Assembly (NCBI GenBank): GCA_038134285.1
Contig: JAYPUW010000005.1
Coordinates: 77,672 to 141,671 of the forward strand
Reading direction: 5' to 3'
DNA length: 64,000 bases
Source: Flavobacteriaceae bacterium
GTDB taxonomy: Bacteria; Bacteroidota; Bacteroidia; Flavobacteriales; Flavobacteriaceae
The notes under the pieces are model-generated. The model was not told the origin of the DNA, did not search any database, and saw only the letters and a list, made by a program, of their open reading frames with translations. The translations under genes were made by a program, and so were the position numbers. Below are positions 48,239 to 57,461 of this stretch, in pieces; positions within the stretch are counted from its first letter, which is position 1, and each line of letters starts with the position of its first letter.

Positions 48239-49121
48239 TTATAAGACCGTCATATCAATAGAAGGACCCACCGCAAGTGGTAAAACCGCTTTGAGTATTG
48301 ATCTAGCACAAGAGCTTGGTACTGAAATCGTTTCAACCGACTCTAGGCAGTGCTATAAAGAAATGGAGATAGGAACTGCTGTGCCAAGCCTAGAAGAAAG
48401 AGCTAAGGTAAAGCACCACATGGTTCACAGTCATAGTATAGAACAACCGCTTAACCCTGGCTCCTTTTCTATCGAAGCTAGAAAACACATCAACGAGCTC
48501 CTTAACGACAATGAGATCGTGGTTTTGGTTGGAGGGAGCCCTCTCTATGCTGAAGCCCTCTTATTTGGTTTGGATGAACTACCTCAAATTGATAAAACTA
48601 TTGTCGAATCAACTCGAAAGCTGACTCTTGAAGAACTTCAGCAGAAATTAAAGGAATGTGATCCTCACTCTTACAACACCTTAGATCTTATGAATCGAAG
48701 GCGACTTGAACGTGCGGTTCAGGTCTTTGAGCAGACGATGAAACCTTTTAGTCATCATATAAACAAACCTAGAAAAAAACCAGATTTTGAATTAAGGCGC
48801 TTTAGAATAGACTGGGAAAGAGATACGCTGTACAACCGCATCAATAAAAGGGTGGACCTTATGTTAGATCAGGGGTTAGAGCAAGAGGCGCATGAGCTTT
48901 GGATAAAAGACAACGAATTAGTAAAAACAACCGTTGGCTACCACGAATGGTTTGGCTTTTTCGAAAAGAGGTGTTCTAAAGATGAAGCGATTACTGCTGT
49001 AAAACAACACAGTAGAAATTTTGCCAAACGCCAACTTACTTGGTACAGAAAAGCGCGTGAAATGGAGGTACTTTCAAATAAAGATCCCCTTTCGCAGCTT
49101 TTACAACGAATTAAGCGTTAA
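48231..49121 (+). CDS. miaA: tRNA dimethylallyltransferase
   Basis: 296 aa with the P-loop GPTASGKT plus STDSRQCYKEMEIGTA and RNFAKRQLTW. It uses a TTG start that overlaps the exonuclease gene by 8 nt. Confidence 0.9.
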   Translation: MSSYKTVISIEGPTASGKTALSIDLAQELGTEIVSTDSRQCYKEMEIGTAVPSLEERAKVKHHMVHSHSIEQPLNPGSFSIEARKHINELLNDNEIVVLVGGSPLYAEALLFGLDELPQIDKTIVESTRKLTLEELQQKLKECDPHSYNTLDLMNRRRLERAVQVFEQTMKPFSHHINKPRKKPDFELRRFRIDWERDTLYNRINKRVDLMLDQGLEQEAHELWIKDNELVKTTVGYHEWFGFFEKRCSKDEAITAVKQHSRNFAKRQLTWYRKAREMEVLSNKDPLSQLLQRIKR

Positions 49122-49812
49122 CTACAAGCCGAAAACCTTCTCCATGAATATTGAGAATTTCGACCTTTTCATCCTTCTTTAGATACTTACGCAACTTGGC
49201 AATATACACATCCATGCTTCTAGAAGTGAAGTAGTTATCATCTCTCCATATTTGTGTAAGTGCCCGCTCTCTAGGCATAAGATCATTCAGGTGAAGGGCT
49301 AGCATCTTTAAAAGCTCATTTTCTTTGGGAGAGAGTTTGATGTGCTCCTCGTCCTTATAAGTTAAAAAACGAAGCTTTGCGTTGAGGTTAAAGTCCCCTA
49401 TCTCAAAGTAAACTTGTTGATTGTTAGCAACAACACCTACTGCCTTGCGTTTTAAAAGGGTTTTGAGCTTCACCAATAACACCTCAGAATCAAAGGGCTT
49501 ATTCAGGTAATCATCTGCTCCTGATTTATAGCCTTTAAGCACATCTTCTTTAAGGCTTTTTGCTGTTAAAAAGATGATAGGTATTAAAGCGTTATCTTCT
49601 CTGATTTCCTTAGCCAGAGTGAATCCGTCTTTGAAAGGCATCATCACATCAAGAATACAGGTATCGAACGACCCTTTTTTATACTTATCAAAGCCTTCCA
49701 TCCCGTTTTTTGCAAGGGTAACGTCAAATCCATTTAATCCTAGGTAATCCTTTAAAACAATGCCAAAATTAGGATCGTCTTCAACTAGTAAAATTCTCTT
49801 TGCATCACTCAT
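49111..49812 (-). CDS. OmpR/PhoB-type response regulator
   Basis: 233 aa. The receiver domain has LLVEDD, the phospho-acceptor context ILDVMMP, and KP. A C-terminal winged-helix Trans_reg_C domain is present (LSPKENELLKML...RSMDVYIAKLRKYL). Confidence 0.88.
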   Translation of the reverse strand: MSDAKRILLVEDDPNFGIVLKDYLGLNGFDVTLAKNGMEGFDKYKKGSFDTCILDVMMPFKDGFTLAKEIREDNALIPIIFLTAKSLKEDVLKGYKSGADDYLNKPFDSEVLLVKLKTLLKRKAVGVVANNQQVYFEIGDFNLNAKLRFLTYKDEEHIKLSPKENELLKMLALHLNDLMPRERALTQIWRDDNYFTSRSMDVYIAKLRKYLKKDEKVEILNIHGEGFRLVVNA

Positions 49813-49818
49813 GGGTTT

Positions 49819-51423
49819 TTAATGTAAATTGAGTTTAATTGAAAATTCAGTTCCAATGCCCTTTTCGCTTTCAACACCTACCTCACCAGAATGTACTTCC
49901 ACAATTTGCTTGACATAAGCAAGACCAAGTCCATGCCCTTTAACATTGTGCAGGTTCCCCGTATTTTCACGGTAGAACTTCTCAAAAACGTGTTTCAGAG
50001 ATGACCAGCTCATTCCTTTGCCATTATCTTTAATTGTGGTAATCACTGTTCTGTTTACATTAAAAGTTTTCACTTCTATTTCAAGAGGTCGATTTGTATC
50101 AGCATATTTTAAAGCATTATCTAAAATATTTACAAAAACATTGATGAGATGCATAGCATTTCCCCAAATGATTTCGTCTTCTGCCTCTTTCTTAACAATT
50201 ATTGTGCCATTTTTTTCGGCGATAAATAATTTTACTCTATCCAGCGCCTCATCAAGAACATCGTTCAGGCTAATCTGTTCTTTTTCAATAGTAAGCTGGC
50301 CTTTTTCGAGCTGAGAAATTTGTAAAACATTTTCAACCTGAGCATTCATCCTTTTATTTTCATCTTTAATCATCTTAATGTAACGATCAAAGTTTTCTGG
50401 CATACTTGAGGGCGCTAGTGACGAAGAAACTCTAAGGGCCTCGACCGCCAAGTTTATCGTCGCAATAGGCGTCTTAAACTCATGGGTCATATTATTGATA
50501 AAGTCTGATTTTATCTCAGCAATTTTCTTTTGGGTAAAAAGCTGATGTAGCGCAACACTAAAGGCCACTAAAATGATCAGCGTAAATACTATGGATATTG
50601 CTACTAGACCGATAACGTCGCGCCAAATCAAAGCCTCACGATTAGGAATACTGATATTCAAGGTGTACTCACTCACTCCTTCACTATCCTTGAAAAAGGT
50701 GACTGAAAACCCAGGTTCTATGGCAAAGTCAAAGGCTTCGGATTTAATAGCCGTTGGATATCCTAAACGCTCAATTCCAAACTCAAAATCACTTTTAATT
50801 CCACGCTTCGCCATTTCTTGTTCTAGCACAAATCGTATCTCTGAAGTAGAAACACGCTGATGTATAGGGGTAAGTTTTGCCGCCTCTAAAAAAACATCCT
50901 CGTATTGCGCCTTCTCAATGCTGCTTAGACCTCCGATTTTATCAATTACATCGATAGGCTCTAATGAAATCGTGGATCCGTCTAAAGAAGATTCGGTGCG
51001 AAATGTCTTTCTACTTCGCCTCGAGGTGTAATTATAAATTCGGGTAGTATCGCTCATATTCAAGGCCCTAAATCCCGGCAAAGCGCTTGTGGCAACATCG
51101 TATCCTTGTTCTAAGATTCCATGAGAATAATAGATGATTTCATCATTAGACAGTCCTCTATCTACAAAAAAGAAATTTCGTATTTGCGTCGACTTAGGCG
51201 CTCCTACACTATCAATCAATACCGCTAGCTTTGAATAGTAATCATTTCGCTCGCGCTGTTCGACCAGATCAGCCACGTGCTCCATAACATCAATCATCGC
51301 TGTGGTAAACTCTTCAGAGCGACTTTGCAAAGACAACTGAATCCAGTAGCCCTGCACAAGTATAGAACCCAATAAAGCTATAGACATCAGTGCTATAGTC
51401 GCATACAGACCTCTTTTATTCAT
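49819..51423 (-). CDS. Sensor histidine kinase
   Basis: 534 aa. Two transmembrane segments flank an approx 240-aa extracytoplasmic region. The H-box (MTHEFKTPIATI), N-box (ILDNALKY) and G-boxes (DNGKGM, GHGLGLA) are present. It lies 6 nt upstream of the response regulator gene. Confidence 0.85.
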   Translation of the reverse strand: MNKRGLYATIALMSIALLGSILVQGYWIQLSLQSRSEEFTTAMIDVMEHVADLVEQRERNDYYSKLAVLIDSVGAPKSTQIRNFFFVDRGLSNDEIIYYSHGILEQGYDVATSALPGFRALNMSDTTRIYNYTSRRSRKTFRTESSLDGSTISLEPIDVIDKIGGLSSIEKAQYEDVFLEAAKLTPIHQRVSTSEIRFVLEQEMAKRGIKSDFEFGIERLGYPTAIKSEAFDFAIEPGFSVTFFKDSEGVSEYTLNISIPNREALIWRDVIGLVAISIVFTLIILVAFSVALHQLFTQKKIAEIKSDFINNMTHEFKTPIATINLAVEALRVSSSLAPSSMPENFDRYIKMIKDENKRMNAQVENVLQISQLEKGQLTIEKEQISLNDVLDEALDRVKLFIAEKNGTIIVKKEAEDEIIWGNAMHLINVFVNILDNALKYADTNRPLEIEVKTFNVNRTVITTIKDNGKGMSWSSLKHVFEKFYRENTGNLHNVKGHGLGLAYVKQIVEVHSGEVGVESEKGIGTEFSIKLNLH

Positions 51424-51471
51424 GTATGAACAGATTAATCTACCTTAAAGTTAGGGCTAATGTTAGAAATC

Positions 51472-52071
51472 TTAAGCCTTGATAAGATCCTCGAGTAAAG
51501 CCAAGACTTGATCTTCAAGGCGAATCACTCCGGAGTTATCGATGAGATAGGTAGCACGCTCTACTAATTCTTCATAAATAGGCTGACTTTGGATTCTCTT
51601 TAGTACGGCCTCTCTACTTAGCCCGTCTCTTTTCATAACACGCTCTACGCGAATAGATTCGGGTGCATTAACGAGAACAATCGCATCGAAATGGAGATAA
51701 TATTCAGTTAGTAAAACCAAGGCTGATTCGTGAAACACTAGTGAAGAAACTTGTTCATTTGACCACTTTTCAAAATCCTCTCTCACTATCGGATGAACCA
51801 ACAATTCTAGTCGAGTCTTCAACGAAGGATTTTCAAAAATAGCCGCACTAATAAAGCCCTTGTTTAGATCAAAAACCTGACCGGCTTTATCTTCTAAATA
51901 GGCCTCCGGGCCTAACAAGGCTATCAATTTAGTTCTTAATCCTCCGTCTTGTACCATGATATACTTGGCCTTTTCGTCAGAAGGATAAACCGGATAACCC
52001 TTTTCTTGAAGCAACTTACACACCCTTGTCTTACCTGAACCTATACCTCCCGTAATTGCGACCTTCTTCAT
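51472..52071 (-). CDS. coaE: Dephospho-CoA kinase
   Basis: 199 aa with the P-loop ITGGIGSGKT and a typical length. Its start overlaps the upstream gene's stop by 1 nt. Confidence 0.88.
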   Translation of the reverse strand: MKKVAITGGIGSGKTRVCKLLQEKGYPVYPSDEKAKYIMVQDGGLRTKLIALLGPEAYLEDKAGQVFDLNKGFISAAIFENPSLKTRLELLVHPIVREDFEKWSNEQVSSLVFHESALVLLTEYYLHFDAIVLVNAPESIRVERVMKRDGLSREAVLKRIQSQPIYEELVERATYLIDNSGVIRLEDQVLALLEDLIKA

Positions 52072-52997
52072 TATCTCTCAATTAAAAAGTCTACGGTAGA
52101 AGTCAAAAGCTCTGTATACAAGACCCCTATTGGTTCTTTAGTTAATTTCAGCGGCAATTGCTTATCGTCTACCCTAAAGGTTGAGGGCATCAAAACACTA
52201 ACCTCAAAGTCTTGCTCAGACCAATTATTCAGCAGTGTGGTAGGCGCTTTGCACAACACAGAAATCGTATTGGGAAATAGCTGTATTCTACTTGCATTCT
52301 CTAGGGTTGGCAAAAGAACAGGAACCTCAAAAATACGCTCTGAAAAACGTGCGACCTCTTGAGCGAAAAGAATCTCAGAATCTGAAATTCGAATGTCTTC
52401 TATGCCTTTAAGATCCAAGGGCACCTTGATACTGATTGTAGCTTTAATGTTTTCTAAACGTACAGGCTCTGTTAAGATCTTATCTAAACCCATTAGGCTT
52501 TTTTCTGTACCTCTCACTTCTACAAAAGACGGATCGATACTTGCCGAATCGATGGCAACATAGTTTGGAACGAAAGAGGCAAATACCCTTGGAATGACTT
52601 TAATTCGCTTCGTTTTTAAAAGAGATGCTTGGACCTTAATATCCTTTGTCGAGACATAATCAATTGAAATCGTTTCAGGGGTTTGAGAGAATATAGCATC
52701 CTCAATAGCCTCTGCAGACATGAGGTACGTTCCATTTACATACCGTAAAGGGGTAAGCGGAATTTCTAATTCTTTAATTGACCAGAAGTCAAAAAGTACT
52801 CTAAACCCTTTGCCGCTTATGCGAATGGGAATATCATAAGTCTCATTTGACTCTAATAAGAGTGTGTCTGGAACTTCAGAAAACCTAATCTTCACTGATG
52901 AACTGATCGTTACTGGTTTACTCAATTGATTAAAGAACCAAATAAGGGCTGCGATAAAAAAGAAGTATACAAATTGCTTAAGTCCTATTTTTCGCAT
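52071..52997 (-). CDS. YbbR-like domain protein (membrane-anchored)
   Basis: 308 aa with an N-terminal transmembrane anchor. Repeated beta-rich modules carry the YbbR-type pattern (IDPSFVEVRGTEKSLMGLDKILTEPVRLENI). Confidence 0.55.
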   Translation of the reverse strand: MRKIGLKQFVYFFFIAALIWFFNQLSKPVTISSSVKIRFSEVPDTLLLESNETYDIPIRISGKGFRVLFDFWSIKELEIPLTPLRYVNGTYLMSAEAIEDAIFSQTPETISIDYVSTKDIKVQASLLKTKRIKVIPRVFASFVPNYVAIDSASIDPSFVEVRGTEKSLMGLDKILTEPVRLENIKATISIKVPLDLKGIEDIRISDSEILFAQEVARFSERIFEVPVLLPTLENASRIQLFPNTISVLCKAPTTLLNNWSEQDFEVSVLMPSTFRVDDKQLPLKLTKEPIGVLYTELLTSTVDFLIER

Positions 52998-52999
52998 GG

Positions 53000-54052
53000 C
53001 TAAGAAACTTTAGATTCCCCCGTAAAGAAATACTGTGGAAACAGTTCTTCAGCACTCTTACGTGATGAGGACCTCAACTTAAGATACGTTAAAAAATAAC
53101 CTAAGCCATATGCTCCCATTTGAATAAATAGAGCAGCTATAGTGAGGGCCGTTAAGAATATAGATCTAGATCTAATCAAAACATCAATTTTCAAGGCTCC
53201 CACATATAGTATTAGAGGAATACTTAACAGAAGTATGAACTTTAGACTGAGTACACTTGAAAGGGTCAACATCAAACACATAATAAGAACAAGGAGGTAG
53301 AATGTAAATAAAGAGGGTAACGTATAAATATCTCTTTTAAACTCTGGATGCATATGTTCTAAGATAGGTCTTACAGCTCCAAACTTAAAAACCTGCTTTG
53401 CAAATGAGCGAAATGAAATCCTTCTTTGATGAAACACCTTAACGGATGGTATAAGTCGCGACTTAAAACCACTTTTCCAGGCCCGCATGCTCAGTTCAGG
53501 ATCCTCTCCCGGGTGCATAACACCAAAACCACCCGTTGATTTAAACACCTCTTTTGACAACCCCATATTGAAGCTCCTAGGTTCGAACCTATTCGACGAC
53601 CCCCCTCTTATACCACCTGTTGAAACTTTTGAAGTCATCACAAAGTTTATGGCGCGTTGCAACGGCGAGAAGGAAGACAAGGCATCATCGGGTCCACCAA
53701 AAAAATCAACATAATTAGAAGAGAGCTCATGATCAAGGGTGGTTAAATACTCTTTGGGTAGGATGCAATCTGAATCAAAAAGTATAAAATAAGATCCCTT
53801 AGCACGTGACATCCCATAATTTCTGCTATCTCCGGGTCCTGTATTATTCTTTTGATAATAGGATATTCTAGCGCGTAAAGGGCTACATTCAATGACCTCT
53901 AATGCAGGGTGCTGAGAACCATCCTCAACCACCACAACTTCAAATTCTCTTTCAAAGTCTTGAAGGGCAATAGAATGCAGCAATTGATCTAATTCTTCTG
54001 GCCGATTATAAACCGGCACTATAATAGAATAATATAAGGGTGACTTACTCAT
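53000..54052 (-). CDS. Family 2 glycosyltransferase with a C-terminal membrane domain
   Basis: 350 aa with the GT2 N-terminus (YSIIVPVYNRPEEL, VVVEDGS, FDSDC) and three or four C-terminal transmembrane helices. Confidence 0.8.
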   Translation of the reverse strand: MSKSPLYYSIIVPVYNRPEELDQLLHSIALQDFEREFEVVVVEDGSQHPALEVIECSPLRARISYYQKNNTGPGDSRNYGMSRAKGSYFILFDSDCILPKEYLTTLDHELSSNYVDFFGGPDDALSSFSPLQRAINFVMTSKVSTGGIRGGSSNRFEPRSFNMGLSKEVFKSTGGFGVMHPGEDPELSMRAWKSGFKSRLIPSVKVFHQRRISFRSFAKQVFKFGAVRPILEHMHPEFKRDIYTLPSLFTFYLLVLIMCLMLTLSSVLSLKFILLLSIPLILYVGALKIDVLIRSRSIFLTALTIAALFIQMGAYGLGYFLTYLKLRSSSRKSAEELFPQYFFTGESKVS

Positions 54053-54076
54053 GCTAACCCTTGAAGTGTATCGCTG

Positions 54077-54892
54077 TTATTTCTCAGAAAAGAAATCAAC
54101 GATTTCTTGGCTCACACCAGTCGTTGAAAATCCTCCATCGTGAAAGAGGTTTTGCATGGTGACTTTACGTGTAAGATCTGAGAACAAGGTTACAGCATAG
54201 TCTGCACAATCTTCAGCCGAAGCATTCCCAAGAGGAGACATTTTCTCGGCATAGTTAAGGAAGGCATCAAACCCCTTAACCCCTTTACCAGCTGTCGTAA
54301 CCGTAGGAGATTGAGAAATGGTGTTGACACGAACTTTCTTTTCTTTTCCGAAGAAGTAGCCAAAACTTCTAGCTACTGATTCTAGATAAGCCTTATTGTC
54401 AGCCATATCGTTATAATCCGGAAAAGTTCTTTGCGCTGCCATATAGGTGAGCGCCAAAATACTCCCCCATTCATTCATCGCATCAGCTTTGTATAACTGC
54501 TGTAGGAGTTTGTGAAAAGATAGGGCTGAAACATCCCATCCTTTAGTAGTAAAGTCATAGTTTTCATCCGTATAGTGACGACCTTTTCTCACATTAACTG
54601 ACATTCCTATAGAGTGCAATACAAAGTCAAGCTTACCCCCCAAAATCTGTATCGACTCTGCAATCAATTTTTCTAAATCTTCAGTGGAGGTCGCATCAGC
54701 TCCAATTATCGTGGCACCTGTTTTCTCAGCAAGCTCATTCAACTCTCCCATTCTCAAAGCAATAGGAGCATTTGTCAAAACAAATGCACCCCCTTCTTCG
54801 TGAACGCGTTCTGCGGTTTTCCAAGCGATTGAATTCTCATCTAGGGCCCCAAATATGATTCCACGTTTACCCTTTAAAAGATTGTAATTCAT
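54077..54892 (-). CDS. fabI: Enoyl-[acyl-carrier-protein] reductase (NADH), FabI type
   Basis: 271 aa with the N-terminus LLKGKRGIIFG, an SDR-like fold, a Y-x6-K catalytic pattern (YMAAQRTFPDYNDMADNKA region) and VNTISQSP. Confidence 0.85.
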   Translation of the reverse strand: MNYNLLKGKRGIIFGALDENSIAWKTAERVHEEGGAFVLTNAPIALRMGELNELAEKTGATIIGADATSTEDLEKLIAESIQILGGKLDFVLHSIGMSVNVRKGRHYTDENYDFTTKGWDVSALSFHKLLQQLYKADAMNEWGSILALTYMAAQRTFPDYNDMADNKAYLESVARSFGYFFGKEKKVRVNTISQSPTVTTAGKGVKGFDAFLNYAEKMSPLGNASAEDCADYAVTLFSDLTRKVTMQNLFHDGGFSTTGVSQEIVDFFSEK

Positions 54893-54938
54893 GATTGTTT
54901 ATTTAATGAATGTTCAAATATAGCAAGATTCAACACCA

Positions 54939-56594
54939 CTAATGTCTGGTTAGAAGTGTTCTTGCATGGCTTAACGCCGTTTCAGAAGGATTGTTCCCTT
55001 CTATCATCGAGGCAATTTCTTCTTGACGTTCAGCCTCAACTAACTGGGCCACACGGGTATGGACTCGACCTTCAGCCTCTTCTTTATACACTTTAAGATG
55101 CGTCGATCCTTTTGCGGCTACTTGCGGTAAGTGAGTAATGACCAAAAGTTGATTACGCTCACCCATCGCTTCAAACAATTGCGCAACACGCTCCGCCACT
55201 TGCCCAGAAACCCCGGCATCTATTTCATCAAAGACTTGAGTAGGGATTGTGTTTGTCTCACCCTTAATATATTGGATAGCAAGTGCCAAACGCGAAAGTT
55301 CTCCTCCAGAAACCACTTTTTTTAAATCAAGAAGATCAGACCCCTTATTTGCTTGGAATTTAAAATTGACTTCGTTAATTCCATTCGCTCCTAAATCCTC
55401 GTTCTCGCGAACTTCAATAGCGATACGCGATCCAGGCATTTCTAAAGAAGATAAAACGGTTTCAATCGAGTTGCTCAAGGCTATAGCCGCACTTTTGCGA
55501 GTATCACTGATTTGGCGCGCAATAGGTTCTAGTTCTGCACGCGCTAATAGCAACGCGTTTTCAAGCGCTTTTATACGATCAGCATAACTGCCATCCTCAC
55601 CCAAACTAGAAGCAATGGCACTCCGCTTTGCCTTAAGTTCTTCTACAGTGCTTACCCCGTGCTTTTGCTGAAGGCGCTGCAATTCTGACAAAAGTTCAGA
55701 AATCTCCTCTAAAGCGCTGGGCTCCAAATCAATAGATTCTAGTGCCTGATTTATCTCTAAATACAGATCCTGAGCTTCAATGGCCAACGATTGCATCCGG
55801 TTGTTGATCTCTGAAAAAGATTCTGAGGCTTTTAATAGAGAAGAACTCAAACGCTGTGCTTGTCTTAATTGTTCGTTGAGACCATACGGCTCAGATTCAA
55901 ATAAGCCGTTGAGCTCATCGATGATGGATTGTATCTTCTCTGACTGACTCAGAATCTCATAGCGCCATTCTAGATCTTCTTGGTTGACCTTTTCAAGATG
56001 CAAATCGTCAAGTTCACTCTTTAAATGTTGTTGATAAGCCCATTCTCGCTCCATTTCTTCTGATCTATCCCTTAACGCCTCAAACTCATCGTTTAAAGCC
56101 TTGTAGCTTCTGTATTTTTTGCGGTAATCGTTCACCAAATCCTGCTGCCGGGCATGCTCATCTATAAAATCTAGCTGTTCAGCATTCTTTAAAAAAGAAT
56201 AGGATTCGTTTTGCGAGTGAAAGGAGAACAACTTATCCGTTAATTGGTTCAACACTGTCTGTTTTACTGGAGTGTCGTTGATAAAAATTCGAGACTTCTG
56301 GGTCTTACCCATCTCTCTTCGTATAATAGAATGTTTATCGTAATCAAGTTCATTCTCTTCAAACCACCACTTGTATTGCGAATTAACGGCTATTTCTAAC
56401 TCAAGTACACACTTCGAATCTGGGTGATAAAATGAAACTCCATCTGCTCGGGCACCAAGTGCCAACTGTAGTGCCTGGAGTACTACTGATTTTCCTGAAC
56501 CTGTTTCACCTGTAACCACGTTGAAACCAGAACCAAATTCAACACTTAGTTCGTCGATGAGCGCAAAATTCTTTATATAGAGCGAAACGAGCAT
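54939..56594 (-). CDS. recN: DNA repair protein RecN
   Basis: 551 aa. It has the SMC-like N-terminal Walker A (VTGETGSGKS), a long coiled coil, and the C-terminal signature (SGGELSRLALA) and Walker B (VFDEIDAG). Confidence 0.92.
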   Translation of the reverse strand: MLVSLYIKNFALIDELSVEFGSGFNVVTGETGSGKSVVLQALQLALGARADGVSFYHPDSKCVLELEIAVNSQYKWWFEENELDYDKHSIIRREMGKTQKSRIFINDTPVKQTVLNQLTDKLFSFHSQNESYSFLKNAEQLDFIDEHARQQDLVNDYRKKYRSYKALNDEFEALRDRSEEMEREWAYQQHLKSELDDLHLEKVNQEDLEWRYEILSQSEKIQSIIDELNGLFESEPYGLNEQLRQAQRLSSSLLKASESFSEINNRMQSLAIEAQDLYLEINQALESIDLEPSALEEISELLSELQRLQQKHGVSTVEELKAKRSAIASSLGEDGSYADRIKALENALLLARAELEPIARQISDTRKSAAIALSNSIETVLSSLEMPGSRIAIEVRENEDLGANGINEVNFKFQANKGSDLLDLKKVVSGGELSRLALAIQYIKGETNTIPTQVFDEIDAGVSGQVAERVAQLFEAMGERNQLLVITHLPQVAAKGSTHLKVYKEEAEGRVHTRVAQLVEAERQEEIASMIEGNNPSETALSHARTLLTRH

Positions 56595-56672
56595 TTATTT
56601 CCTATAATACTGTAAATATAAGTAGAGTCGATTGCAATTTACTTGCGCCGTTAGGGAATCCTCATACAGGCT

Positions 56673-57461
56673 TCAGAAGAGCTTTGGATGAGCGTCTTTG
56701 ATCCGCTGTAACAAAAGTGAATTTGCAAAAAATACATCCTGATTACCTAGTACCAAAAGACTCTCATTAACGCACGATTGATCGTAAGCAGTTTTTTGGG
56801 ATTGCTTCAATATACACCCACTATTCAGCTGGTAATAGAAAAGCCTTATAGAAACGTAAGCCGGATTGAGCAGCTCGTAAATCAAGCGATACTTCGAAGC
56901 TCCTCCTCTTCTCATTTCCCAACCTGTAAAGGAAGTCGATTGCATTCTAGTCAAAAGTTCTTCAGCCTTTCGAAAATGAACCGTTCCTCCATTAATCACT
57001 TCTGAATCAGCATAAAATCCTAAGCCTATGTAAGAAAAGAACACCACATTAGCAACCAAATTTGAGTTGATGTTATTTAGGTTGAAGAACAGAGGCGTTC
57101 CTGGGATATAGGTAAAGGCCAGAGAAGGTTCATACCAGCGGAACATTAAGGTACGGTGGCCAGTGGAGTGCATTTTGTAAAGCCCTACGCTCAAGGCGGC
57201 TCGAATACTGGTGTTGCGATGCTCAAGAACTGAAAGCGTATAACTGATTTCTAAAGACACCTCTTCTGCTGTACCCAACGTCGAACCATTCAAGGTTGAG
57301 GAGAGCATCCTAGAGAGGTCCCTTTCGATCTGCCGGTATTGAAATTGATAGGCGTTGTTTTGAGTTCGATTCTCAAGCTTAACCTGAATGCGCGTTTGCT
57401 GAGCCGATAGTGCTCCAAAAGCCACTATTAGGAATCCAAGTAGCGTCTTTTTTAAAACCAT
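56673..57461 (-). CDS. Secreted hypothetical protein, possibly DUF4835 family
   Basis: 262 aa with a signal peptide (LIVAFGALSAQQ). Its position between coaBC and recN matches what I recall for DUF4835 proteins in Flavobacteriia. The assignment rests on position and general pattern only. It overlaps the coaBC 3' end by 10 nt. Confidence 0.4.
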   Translation of the reverse strand: MVLKKTLLGFLIVAFGALSAQQTRIQVKLENRTQNNAYQFQYRQIERDLSRMLSSTLNGSTLGTAEEVSLEISYTLSVLEHRNTSIRAALSVGLYKMHSTGHRTLMFRWYEPSLAFTYIPGTPLFFNLNNINSNLVANVVFFSYIGLGFYADSEVINGGTVHFRKAEELLTRMQSTSFTGWEMRRGGASKYRLIYELLNPAYVSIRLFYYQLNSGCILKQSQKTAYDQSCVNESLLVLGNQDVFFANSLLLQRIKDAHPKLF

